Assembly (NCBI RefSeq): GCF_042660085.1
Contig: NZ_JBHSTI010000008.1
Location: 420,001-452,000, forward strand
Direction: 5' to 3'
DNA from: Longivirga aurantiaca
GTDB lineage: Bacteria > Actinomycetota > Actinomycetes > S36-B12 > CAIYMF01
DNA length: 32,000 bases
Numbering within the stretch: position 1 is the stretch's first letter; each line of letters begins with the position of its first letter. Below are positions 10,385 to 18,910 of this stretch, one piece after another. The position numbers and the translations under genes were made by a program. The notes beneath the pieces are model-generated. The model saw nothing but the letters and a program-made list of their open reading frames with translations, ran no database searches and was not told the origin of the DNA.

Positions 10385-11275
10385 GTGACCTCTCCCGCAG
10401 CTGACCACCGCATGCTCCTCGTGCACGCTCACCCCGACGACGAGACGATCGGCACCGGCGCCACGATGGCGAAGTACGTCGACGCCGGCGCCCACGTCGC
10501 CCTCGTCACATGCACCCTCGGCGAGGAGGGCGAGATTCTTCTCGAGGAGCACGCGCACCGAGCCGCCGACCGCGACGACAGCCTCGGCGAGCACCGCAGG
10601 ATCGAGCTCGCCGACGCCATGACGGCGCTCGGGGTGACCGACCACCGGCAGCTCGGTGGCGACGGCAGGTACCGCGACTCCGGGATGATGGGTCTTCCGG
10701 ACAACGACGACCCCACGTGCTTCTGGCAGGCCGACCTGCTCACCGCGGCGTCGGACCTCGTCGCGGTGATCCGCGAGGTGCGCCCGCAGGTGCTCGTCAC
10801 GTACGACGACTTCGGTGGCTACGGCCACCCCGACCACATCCAGGCGCACCGCGTCGCGATGTACGGCGCGATGCTCGCCGCAGCGCCGTCGTTCCGGCCG
10901 GACCTCGGCGAGGCCTGGGACATCGCGAAGATCTACTGGACGGCGTTCCCGAAGTCGATCGTGCGCGCAGGCATCGAGGCGCTGCGGGCTTCGGGCGAGA
11001 CCACCGGCTTCGCGGCCATGGACCCCGACGACATGCCCTTCGCGTGCGACGACGCCCTCGTCACGACCACGATCGACGCCGAGGACTGGCTCGACCGGAA
11101 GATGGCGGCGATGGCTGCCCACGCCACCCAGATCAGCCTCGAGGACGGCTTCTTCGCGCTCTCGAACAACCTGGGCTCGCGCGCGTTCGGCCGGGAGTAC
11201 TTCCGCCTCGTGAAGGGCCAGACGGGCCCGCTCGACGAGTCCGGCCACGAGACCGACCTGTTCGCCGGCATCTAG
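10385..11275 (+). CDS. mshB: N-acetyl-1-D-myo-inositol-2-amino-2-deoxy-alpha-D-glucopyranoside deacetylase (mycothiol biosynthesis, PIG-L/LmbE fold)
   Basis: [51 protein letters not shown], and [18 protein letters not shown] match MshB-type zinc deacetylases. In-frame GTG at 10385 is the likely start. Confidence 0.92.
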   Translation: MTSPAADHRMLLVHAHPDDETIGTGATMAKYVDAGAHVALVTCTLGEEGEILLEEHAHRAADRDDSLGEHRRIELADAMTALGVTDHRQLGGDGRYRDSGMMGLPDNDDPTCFWQADLLTAASDLVAVIREVRPQVLVTYDDFGGYGHPDHIQAHRVAMYGAMLAAAPSFRPDLGEAWDIAKIYWTAFPKSIVRAGIEALRASGETTGFAAMDPDDMPFACDDALVTTTIDAEDWLDRKMAAMAAHATQISLEDGFFALSNNLGSRAFGREYFRLVKGQTGPLDESGHETDLFAGI

Positions 11276-11302
11276 GCCGGCGAGGCGTCGGACGGGGGAG
11301 CG

Positions 11303-11737
11303 ATGCGGGTCGGACCGTGGATGGCGGTGCCGCTGGGTGCGCTGCTGCTGGCCGCCTGCGGCACGTCGGGATCGCCGACCCCCACGTTCACCCCCGGCGA
11401 TCCCCTTCCGGAGTCGAAGTTCGTGCCCGGCCCGAACGCCTCGTACATGGGCCTGGTCCTCACCGGCGAGCTCGTGCTCGGGCCTGACGGCTGCCTCCGT
11501 CTGGATCCCGTGCCGGCGAGCATGGCCAGCGGCGTCACCGACATCCTCTGGCCGGTCGGCACGACCCTCCGCATGCTCCCGTCCGGCCAGGGCGAGGTCG
11601 TCTGGCCCGACGGCACCGTCGTCGCGACCACGGGGGAGCAGTTCAGCGCCTCGGGCGGCTTCACCTCGCACAGGGCCGAGCCGCCGTGCATCGGCGACGG
11701 CGGTGCCTTCCAGCTCGAGGCGGTCCTGGAGCCCTAG
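11303..11737 (+). CDS. Small putative lipoprotein, function unknown
   Basis: 144 aa with signal peptide and lipobox (GALLLAACGTSG). The frame is intact between mshB and the following cluster. Confidence 0.75.
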   Translation: MRVGPWMAVPLGALLLAACGTSGSPTPTFTPGDPLPESKFVPGPNASYMGLVLTGELVLGPDGCLRLDPVPASMASGVTDILWPVGTTLRMLPSGQGEVVWPDGTVVATTGEQFSASGGFTSHRAEPPCIGDGGAFQLEAVLEP

Positions 11738-11927
11738 CAGCACGCGCCGTCCGACCGCCCCGTTGCGCGATCCGAGAACTCGCGCACACGCTGCGTAGTG
11801 CTTCGGCCGTCCGGGGTACTCCACCCGGGTGAGTACGACGCCCGGCGTGCAGCGGATCGGGCCCTCGTCGCTCACGATGGGTGCACGCCCCCGGCACCGG
11901 GGGCGGTGACAGACAGGGGTCGTGCAG

Positions 11928-13928
11928 ATGGCACAGCGGCGGACCGACTCGGCGGCCATGCTCAACGAGGCCGGAACGGGGAGCTTGGCTGCCCGCGACG
12001 GCGACGTGGGGGAGTCCCGGGAGCGCTCGCGCCGTCGACGCCTCTGGGGCCTGTTCGCCCTGCTGCTGCTGCCCGCCGCCTACCTGTGGAGCCGGATCTC
12101 CGCCGGCGACCCCTTCGACATCCTCTCGATCACCCTGCCGCAGATCGACGCGATGGTGCTCATCCCGGCCCTCTTCTTCATCACGCTCATCGCGATCCTC
12201 GTGGGCTCGACCGTCGGTGCCGGCCGCTCCCCGCACGTCACCTACCGCCCCGAGCAGATCGACACGCGCCTCGACGACGTCATCGGCATCGACGGCGTGA
12301 AGGAGGACGTGGTCCGCTCTCTCAACCTGTTCCTCGCGCACAAGGCGTTCGCGAGCGAGATGGGCGGCACCCCGCGCCGCGGCCTGCTCTTCGAGGGCCA
12401 GCCCGGCACCGGCAAGACCTACCTGGCCAAGGCCATGGCCCGCGAGGCCGGCGTCCCCTTCCTCTTCGTGTCTGCGACGTCCTTCCAGTCGATGTACTAC
12501 GGCGCCACCGCGCGCAAGATCCGCTCGTACTTCAAGGCGCTGCGCAAGGCCGCTCGCCAGGAGGGCGGGGCGATCGGCTTCATCGAGGAGATCGACGCCA
12601 TCGCCATGGCCCGCGGCGGCCTGTCCATGACGCCGATGCCCATGACGCGCTCGAACGCGGCCCTGTGCTGCGGCGGACTCGACGGGCTCCCCGGCCAGTA
12701 CGCCGGCGCCGCGCAGTCGCTCTCGGTCGTCTCCGCCGCCGCCGGCGGCGGTGGCGCTGTCGTCCGCAACGCCTCGATGACGAGCGAGGGCGTGGGCGGC
12801 GTCGTCAACGAGCTGCTCGTGCAGATGCAGTCCTTCGACGACCCGACCGGCTTCCAGAAGCTGCAGTCGTGGCTCGTCGACAAGGTCAACCTCTTCCTCC
12901 CGGCGAACCGTCAGATGAAGCGGCCCGTGCCGCCCGTCACCAACGTGCTCGTCATCGCGGCGACCAACCGGGCCGACAACCTCGACCCCGCGCTGCTGCG
13001 CCCGGGCCGCTTCGACCGCCGCCTCTCGTTCGAGGCGCCGGGCAAGGCCGGCCGGCGCGAGCTCATCGACTTCTTCCTCTCGCGCAAGTCGCACGTGGCC
13101 GAGCTCGACACCGAGGAGGTGCGCGACAGCCTCGCCTCGGTGACCCAGGGCTACACCCCGGTCATGATCGAGCACCTCTTCGACGAGGGTCTCGTCAACG
13201 CGCTGCGCCGCGGCGAGCAGGCGATGAACCGCCAGGACGTCGAGCGCGCCCGCCTCGTCGAGGAGGTGGGCATGGGCCAGCCCGTGGCCTACACCGAGCA
13301 CGAGCAGCGCCTCATCGCCACGCACGAGGCCGGCCACGCCGTCGCCGCCTGGCTCACCGCGCCTCAGCGCCGCCTCGAGGTGCTGACGATCATCAAGCGC
13401 AAGGACGCCCTGGGCATGCTGGCCCACGGCGACGCCGAGGACGTGTTCACGCGCTCGCGCTCGGAGATGACCGCGCTGATCCAGATCGCGATGGGCGGGC
13501 AGGCCGCCGAGGAGCTGTTCTTCGACGACGTCAGCACCGGGCCGTCGGGCGACCTGCTCTACGCCACCAACGTGGCGGCCCAGATGATCGGTGCGGCCGG
13601 CATGACCGACACGCTCATCTCGTACGCCGCCATCCAGGGCTCCGCGCTGAGCGACTCCAACCTGGTGGGCAAGGTGCTGCAGGACGCCGAGGGCCGCGCC
13701 CGCGTCGAGAAGCTGCTGCAGGACCAGAAGGCGTACACCCGCGCGCTGCTGAACGAGAACCGGCACCTGGTCGAGGCGCTCCGCGACGCTCTGGTCGAGC
13801 GGCACGAGCTGATCGGCCGCGAGATCACCGACATCCTCGAGCAGGCCAACGCTGCGCGGGCCGAGTCCGTCGTCGACGTCCGGACCGGTGCGGCGCGACC
13901 GGAGGCCGCGGTTACGCTCGAGGGGTGA
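11928..13928 (+). CDS. Divergent FtsH-like membrane AAA+ zinc metalloprotease
   Basis: Two N-terminal TM segments, Walker A GQPGTGKT, Walker B-like GFIEEIDAI, VIAATNRADNLDPALLRPGRFDRR (SRH), zinc motif HEAGHAVAAW, and GGQAAEELFFDDVSTGPSGDL. In-frame GTG at 11922 is an alternative start. Confidence 0.88.
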   Translation: MAQRRTDSAAMLNEAGTGSLAARDGDVGESRERSRRRRLWGLFALLLLPAAYLWSRISAGDPFDILSITLPQIDAMVLIPALFFITLIAILVGSTVGAGRSPHVTYRPEQIDTRLDDVIGIDGVKEDVVRSLNLFLAHKAFASEMGGTPRRGLLFEGQPGTGKTYLAKAMAREAGVPFLFVSATSFQSMYYGATARKIRSYFKALRKAARQEGGAIGFIEEIDAIAMARGGLSMTPMPMTRSNAALCCGGLDGLPGQYAGAAQSLSVVSAAAGGGGAVVRNASMTSEGVGGVVNELLVQMQSFDDPTGFQKLQSWLVDKVNLFLPANRQMKRPVPPVTNVLVIAATNRADNLDPALLRPGRFDRRLSFEAPGKAGRRELIDFFLSRKSHVAELDTEEVRDSLASVTQGYTPVMIEHLFDEGLVNALRRGEQAMNRQDVERARLVEEVGMGQPVAYTEHEQRLIATHEAGHAVAAWLTAPQRRLEVLTIIKRKDALGMLAHGDAEDVFTRSRSEMTALIQIAMGGQAAEELFFDDVSTGPSGDLLYATNVAAQMIGAAGMTDTLISYAAIQGSALSDSNLVGKVLQDAEGRARVEKLLQDQKAYTRALLNENRHLVEALRDALVERHELIGREITDILEQANAARAESVVDVRTGAARPEAAVTLEG

Positions 13929-14398
13929 GCCACTCTCGGGAGAACGCCAGCACGATCGTGCTGATGGGCTTCCTCGGGGTGCTGCTCGGTCTCGTCGGGT
14001 CGGTCGTGTCGGCCGCACGCGTGCAGGTCGGGTCCGTGACCGTGCCGTGGGGCGCCCTCCTGGCTGCCCTCACGCTCGCCGTGGCCGTCCGCGCCGTCGT
14101 CTGGTCGAGCCGCACGCGGCTCCAGGGCGCTGTGCTCCTCGGAGGCTGGGTCGTGGCCACCAGCGTCGTGCTCCTCGTCTCGCCCGGCGGCGACGTCCTG
14201 CTGCCCGGCGTCCCGCGCAGCTACGTGTACCTCGGCAGCGCCTTCGTCCTCGGGCTGGCGGCGCTGGTCTGGCGCCTCCCGGAGGGCCACGGCGACCTCA
14301 TCGAGAGCGAGGCCGCCCTGGTGCCGGGCGACAGTGGCGCTGTCCTGCCCTCCGGAGACCTGCCCGAGCCTTCAGGGGAGGGCCCGGACGTCCGATGA
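13925..14398 (+). CDS. Small multi-TM membrane protein, DUF6113-like
   Basis: GTG start overlaps the previous stop (GTGA). About four hydrophobic segments plus SPGGDVLLPGVPRSYVYLGSAFVLG, resembling small membrane proteins found next to mshB/fdxA in actinobacteria. Confidence 0.7.
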   Translation: MSHSRENASTIVLMGFLGVLLGLVGSVVSAARVQVGSVTVPWGALLAALTLAVAVRAVVWSSRTRLQGAVLLGGWVVATSVVLLVSPGGDVLLPGVPRSYVYLGSAFVLGLAALVWRLPEGHGDLIESEAALVPGDSGAVLPSGDLPEPSGEGPDVR

Positions 14399-14405
14399 CG
14401 GACGT

Positions 14406-14924
14406 GTGAGCCTTCATCCGCCCGGCGGGTCGCCGACCTGGTTCGACGACGACGTCGAGGACCTCGACGCGGTTGCGACGCTCGAGCACGTACTGGTCAG
14501 GCTCGGTGCCGGCCGCTACGCCGTCGCCGCCCGGCACGTGGTGGAGGTCGTGCCCGTCCCCGGGCTCACGCGGGTTCCCGCTGCCCCCTCCTGGCTCCTC
14601 GGGGTCGCCAACTGGCGCGGTCACGTGCTCCCTGTCGCCGACCTGCGCCCGCTCCTCGGGGTGGCGCCCACGCCTCTCGCCTCGAGCGCCCGTGTCGTGG
14701 TCATCCGGTCCGACGACGTCGAGGTGGGGTTCGTGGCCGACCAGGTGCTCGGGCTGCTCGACGTGCCCGAGGACCACGACCCGGCCCCCGTCACGCTGGC
14801 GGCCGAAGCCTCGGACCTCGTGGTCGGCCTTGCGGACGACGGCTCGGTGACGGGCCCGGTCGCTCTCCTGGACGCCTCCGCCGTGCTCGGGCTCGCCCGC
14901 GCGCACCCATCTCGACCCCGTTGA
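14406..14924 (+). CDS. cheW: CheW-like chemosensory adaptor
   Basis: LEHVLVRLGAGRYAVAARHVVEVVPVPGLTRVPAAPSWLLGVANWRGHVLPVADLRPLLG is typical of CheW. Start assigned to in-frame GTG at 14406. Confidence 0.85.
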   Translation: MSLHPPGGSPTWFDDDVEDLDAVATLEHVLVRLGAGRYAVAARHVVEVVPVPGLTRVPAAPSWLLGVANWRGHVLPVADLRPLLGVAPTPLASSARVVVIRSDDVEVGFVADQVLGLLDVPEDHDPAPVTLAAEASDLVVGLADDGSVTGPVALLDASAVLGLARAHPSRPR

Positions 14925-15005
14925 CCCCTTCAGGTGACGCCGTGGGTGCCGACACACACGTAGGGACCCGTGGGGGGTCTCGCGCGGCGTAGTGCGGGAG
15001 CAGTC

Positions 15006-16577
15006 GTGGAGTTCAGCAAGCGCATCGCGGTGATCGCGGGCGTCGCCACCTGGGGGTGCGTCGTCCTCGGTCTGGTCGCGGCCTACCTGACGCTGCAGTT
15101 CGTGCCCGGGGCACCGGTCGACCTGGTGCAGACCTGGGCCTGGACGGCGTTCGGAGCGGCCCTCGCCGGCCTCACGTCGTACCTCGCCTGGCGCGCGCAC
15201 CGGTCAGGTGCCGTCCTCGAGCAGTCCCTCAAGGTCGGCCGTGTCCTGCTGGTCGCGAACGTCGTCTACATCACCGGCCTGGCCTGTGCGAGCGGCGGCC
15301 TGCTCGGGTCGGCCTCGGTCCTCCTGGCCGTCAACGTGCTGTTCGCCTCGTTGCTGTTCTCGCGCTGGACCCTGCCCCTCTTCGCGCTCCTCCTCTCGGC
15401 GAGCATCGCCGTCACCGGCACGATCACCGGCACCTGGACCGGGTCGGCGCTGCCGCTCGGCCTCATCGCGCTCGTGGCGCTGCCGGCGATGACCCTCATC
15501 GGAGGCCAGCTCATCGAGGCCGTCCTCGCCTTCGGCAGCAAGTCCTCGCGCGAGCGCAGCGAGCTCTCGGCCCGTGTCGACGCGCTGACCTCGCAGCTCG
15601 AGCGCGCTGCGGCCGGCGACCTGTCCGCGCGCATCGACGTCGCCGCGATGGCCGACGTCGACGACTCCGAGGTCGACACCGTCGCGGTGCTCTCGACGTC
15701 GGTCAACGAGGCGCTCGAGAACCTCGCCACACTGGTCGAGCAGGTGCGCAGCGGCGGCGAGCAGATCGCCGCGAGCGCCACCGAGCTGCTCGCGAACGCC
15801 GAGGAGCACGCCGCCAGCGCCACCCAGCAGTCGTCGGCCGTGGCCGAGACCACCTCGACCATCGAGGAGCTCGCCGCCACAGCCGCCCAGATCGCCGAGA
15901 CGGCCGAGGCCGTCGCCCGCTACGCCGCCGAGACGCTCCGGCACGCCGAGCAGGGCCGGCAGGCCGTCGCGGCCTCGGTGCACTCGATGGACCAGATCGC
16001 CGACCGCGTGGACTCGATCGCGACGCGGGCCCTGTCGCTCGGCGAGAAGAGCCAGGAGATCGGCCGCATCCTCGAGGTGATCGACGACCTCGCCGACCAG
16101 ACCAACCTGCTCGCGCTCAACGCCGCCATCGAGGCGGCACGGGCGGGCGAGCACGGCCGTGGCTTCGCGGTCGTGGCGACCGAGGTGCGCAAGCTCGCCG
16201 AGCGCTCGCAGGAGTCAGCCGGCCAGATCCAGGCGATCGTCGCGCAGATCCAGACCGAGACCCACGCGACCATCCTCGCGACCGAGGACGGCAGCAAGGA
16301 GGTCCACGCCGGCGCCGAGCTCGCTCGCGATGTCGTCGAGGCCCTCGAGCGCATCTCGGGCATGGTCGACGAGACCACGACCGCGGCCAAGGAGATCTCG
16401 ATCGCGACCCAGCAGCAGCGCTCGGCGTCCGACCAGGTCGTGGCCGCGATGACCCAGGTGTCGGACGTGTCGCGTCAGTACGCCGTCGGCTCCAAGCAGT
16501 CCGCCGCAGCGGCGGCCCAGCTCACGATGCTGTCGGCTGAGCTGCGCGAGTCGATCCAGCGCTTCCGGGTGGCGTGA
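15006..16577 (+). CDS. Methyl-accepting chemotaxis protein-like receptor with six-TM N-terminus
   Basis: Contains the conserved MCP signalling tip [51 protein letters not shown]. The N-terminus is hydrophobic throughout. CGGGAG RBS before GTG 15006. Confidence 0.9.
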   Translation: MEFSKRIAVIAGVATWGCVVLGLVAAYLTLQFVPGAPVDLVQTWAWTAFGAALAGLTSYLAWRAHRSGAVLEQSLKVGRVLLVANVVYITGLACASGGLLGSASVLLAVNVLFASLLFSRWTLPLFALLLSASIAVTGTITGTWTGSALPLGLIALVALPAMTLIGGQLIEAVLAFGSKSSRERSELSARVDALTSQLERAAAGDLSARIDVAAMADVDDSEVDTVAVLSTSVNEALENLATLVEQVRSGGEQIAASATELLANAEEHAASATQQSSAVAETTSTIEELAATAAQIAETAEAVARYAAETLRHAEQGRQAVAASVHSMDQIADRVDSIATRALSLGEKSQEIGRILEVIDDLADQTNLLALNAAIEAARAGEHGRGFAVVATEVRKLAERSQESAGQIQAIVAQIQTETHATILATEDGSKEVHAGAELARDVVEALERISGMVDETTTAAKEISIATQQQRSASDQVVAAMTQVSDVSRQYAVGSKQSAAAAAQLTMLSAELRESIQRFRVA

Positions 16578-16586
16578 GGCTCACCC

Positions 16587-18818
16587 ATGGCCTGGTCCGA
16601 CAACCCGGAGCTCGCGGCGAGCTTCCGTCACGAGGCGGCGGAGCGCTCCGCGTCGCTGCGTGACGGGCTGCTCGCGCTCGAGGGCTCCGCGCAGCCGCGC
16701 CAGGCGGCGACCGCGCTCATGCGCGACGCCCACACCCTCAAGGGTTCCGCGACGATGTTCGGCGCCGCCGAGGTCGTCGAGCTCGCCCACCGCGCCGAGG
16801 ACCTCCTCGCCCGTGTGCGCGACGGCCGGGTGGCCGTGCGCCGCGATGTCATCGACCTGCTGCTGCTCGCGACCGAGCTGCTGTCCCGCTGGCGCCCGGG
16901 CGAGGAGTGGGCCGTGCCCGCCGACGTCCGCGCCGACACGCTCGTCTCGCTCGACGCCGCCATCTCGGGCCGGGAGTCGGTCGAGGTGCCGCGGCTGCCC
17001 GCCGAGCCGTCGCCCGTCGCGGCCGAGGCTCCCGACGCCGCAGCGGAGGAGCTGCCGTCGGCGCACGCAGGCGGTCGCCTCGGCGACCAGGTGAGGGTGC
17101 CGACCCGCCGCGTCCACGGGCTGCTCGACGTCGTCGGGGAGGCCGAGCTCGACGTGCGCCGGGTCGAGCGCCATACCCGCGAGCTGAGCGACCTCCTGTC
17201 CGAGCACCAGGTGCTGGTGAAGCAGCTGCGCGCCGCCCTGCTCGCGGGCGGCTCGGTCGGCGAGCTCGGCGACCGCGTCACCGCGATGGTGGGGGTCGGC
17301 GACCGCCTGCACGCCACCACCCGCGACCTGCGCTCCCGGACCGAGGACGCCGGCAACCGCCTCGCCCGCGTCCGCGACGGCGCGATGGGTCTCGCGATGG
17401 TGCCGGTACGCCGCGTGGCCGCCGCCTTCCCCGCGCTCGTCCGCGAGGTGGCGGGTGCCTCCGGCAAGGATGTCGAGCTGGTGCTCGACGGGGCGGACGT
17501 CGAGCTCGACGTCCGCGTGCTCGACGGCGTCGCCGACGCCCTGCGCCACCTCGTGACCAACGCCGTCGACCACGGGTGCGAGACGCCCGACGGCCGTGCC
17601 GCCGCCGGCAAGCCGCGACGGGCCATCGTCACCCTGGCCGCCCGCACGGCGGGCTCCTCCGCCGTGGTCGAGGTGGCCGACGACGGCGCCGGTGTCGACG
17701 ACGACCTGCTCCGCGAGATCGCGGTCCGCCGCGGCTACCTTCCCGAGGGCACCACGGCGTCGGGGTCGGTGCTGCACCAGGTGCTGTTCGAACCCGGCTT
17801 CTCCACGCGCGAGGACGTCACGACCACGTCCGGCCGCGGCGTCGGCCTCGACGTGGTGCGCTCCGCGGTGCAGGAGCTCGGCGGCACGATCGAGGTCGTC
17901 AGCACGCTCGGCCTCGGCACCCGGTTCATCCTCACGCTCCCCGTCACCCTCGGTGTGGCCCGCTGCCTGCTCGTCCGCTGCGGCACCGAGCGGTACGCCG
18001 TCCCCCTCGCCGGAGTGGTCGAGACCCTGTCGCTCGGCGACGTGGCCGTGCACGACGTGGCCGGCTCGCTCGTGATCTCGCGCGAGGACTCGGGCGCGAC
18101 GATGCCGCTCGCCGACCTCGGCGAGGTGCTCGGCGTCGTGGGGGCCCGATCGCCGCGCGCGGTCGTCGTCGCCCGTCTGACCGGTGAGTCGGTCGCGTGG
18201 GCGGTCGACGAGGTGGAGTCCGAGCGCGAGGTCGTCGTGAAGAGCCTCGGCGACTTCCTGGGCCGGGTCCCGGGAGCGGCCGGCGCCACGATCGACGACG
18301 ACGGCTCGGTGCTCCTGCTCGTCGACCTCCGCGAGCTGGCGCTGCGCTGGACCGGCTCTGCCTCGCTCGGCGCCGGCGTGCCCGAGCCGCTCGCCACCGA
18401 GACCTCCGGCGCCGCACCGCGCGAGCGCGACACCGCCGAGGGCCAGGGCCGGGCCCGGGTGCTCGTCGTCGAGGACTCCCTCGGCGTGCGCGAGCTCCAG
18501 CGGTCGATCCTCGAGGGCGCCGGGTACGACGTCGTCACGGCGGTCGACGGCCTCGACGGCGCGGCTCGGCTGCAGGGCGGACCGGTCGACCTCGTGCTCT
18601 CGGACGTCGAGATGCCGGGCATGGACGGCTTCACCCTCACGCGCACCATCCGCAAGACCCGCGGCTGGGAGAACGTCCCCGTCGTGATCATGACCTCGCG
18701 CGGCGACGACGCCGACAAGCGCGCCGGGCTCGACGCCGGCGCGGACGCCTACCTGCTGAAGCGGGAGTTCGACCAGCGCGCGCTGGTCGACACCGTGCGT
18801 CGGCTCGTGGGCCGGTGA
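16587..18818 (+). CDS. cheA: Hybrid CheA histidine kinase (Hpt, HATPase, CheW domain, C-terminal receiver)
   Basis: Hpt DAHTLKGSATMFG, N-box LRHLVTNAVDHGCE, G boxes VEVADDGAGVD and TSGRGVGLDVVRSAVQELGG, CheW-like region, and REC with VDLVLSDVEMPGMDGF and a conserved Lys. Confidence 0.93.
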   Translation: MAWSDNPELAASFRHEAAERSASLRDGLLALEGSAQPRQAATALMRDAHTLKGSATMFGAAEVVELAHRAEDLLARVRDGRVAVRRDVIDLLLLATELLSRWRPGEEWAVPADVRADTLVSLDAAISGRESVEVPRLPAEPSPVAAEAPDAAAEELPSAHAGGRLGDQVRVPTRRVHGLLDVVGEAELDVRRVERHTRELSDLLSEHQVLVKQLRAALLAGGSVGELGDRVTAMVGVGDRLHATTRDLRSRTEDAGNRLARVRDGAMGLAMVPVRRVAAAFPALVREVAGASGKDVELVLDGADVELDVRVLDGVADALRHLVTNAVDHGCETPDGRAAAGKPRRAIVTLAARTAGSSAVVEVADDGAGVDDDLLREIAVRRGYLPEGTTASGSVLHQVLFEPGFSTREDVTTTSGRGVGLDVVRSAVQELGGTIEVVSTLGLGTRFILTLPVTLGVARCLLVRCGTERYAVPLAGVVETLSLGDVAVHDVAGSLVISREDSGATMPLADLGEVLGVVGARSPRAVVVARLTGESVAWAVDEVESEREVVVKSLGDFLGRVPGAAGATIDDDGSVLLLVDLRELALRWTGSASLGAGVPEPLATETSGAAPRERDTAEGQGRARVLVVEDSLGVRELQRSILEGAGYDVVTAVDGLDGAARLQGGPVDLVLSDVEMPGMDGFTLTRTIRKTRGWENVPVVIMTSRGDDADKRAGLDAGADAYLLKREFDQRALVDTVRRLVGR

Positions 18819-18823
18819 GACCC

Positions 18824-18910
18824 ATGACGGGTGCAGAGGCAAGGACAGAGGCGCGTGCGGCAGGGACCGCACGCCTCCGGAGCGCGACGACGGAAGAGGC
18901 GACGACATGA
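18824..18910 (+). CDS. Possible 28-aa translationally coupled small ORF between cheA and the REC-GAF gene
   Basis: ATG-initiated frame MTGAEARTEARAAGTARLRSATTEEATT ends in TGA, overlapping the ATG of the next gene (ATGA). Confidence 0.2.
   Translation: MTGAEARTEARAAGTARLRSATTEEATT

Noticed and set aside
11798-13924. Alternative + strand frame upstream of the 13925 membrane gene
   Set aside because: It overlaps the FtsH-like gene out of frame and has Arg/Pro/His-rich shadow composition. Only the section after 13925 looks like a real protein.
11661-14018. 785-aa - strand ORF opposite the FtsH-like gene
   Set aside because: Composition typical of an antisense frame (RRAGEAV, VEQVERADH etc.). 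The + strand frame has complete AAA and zinc-protease motifs.
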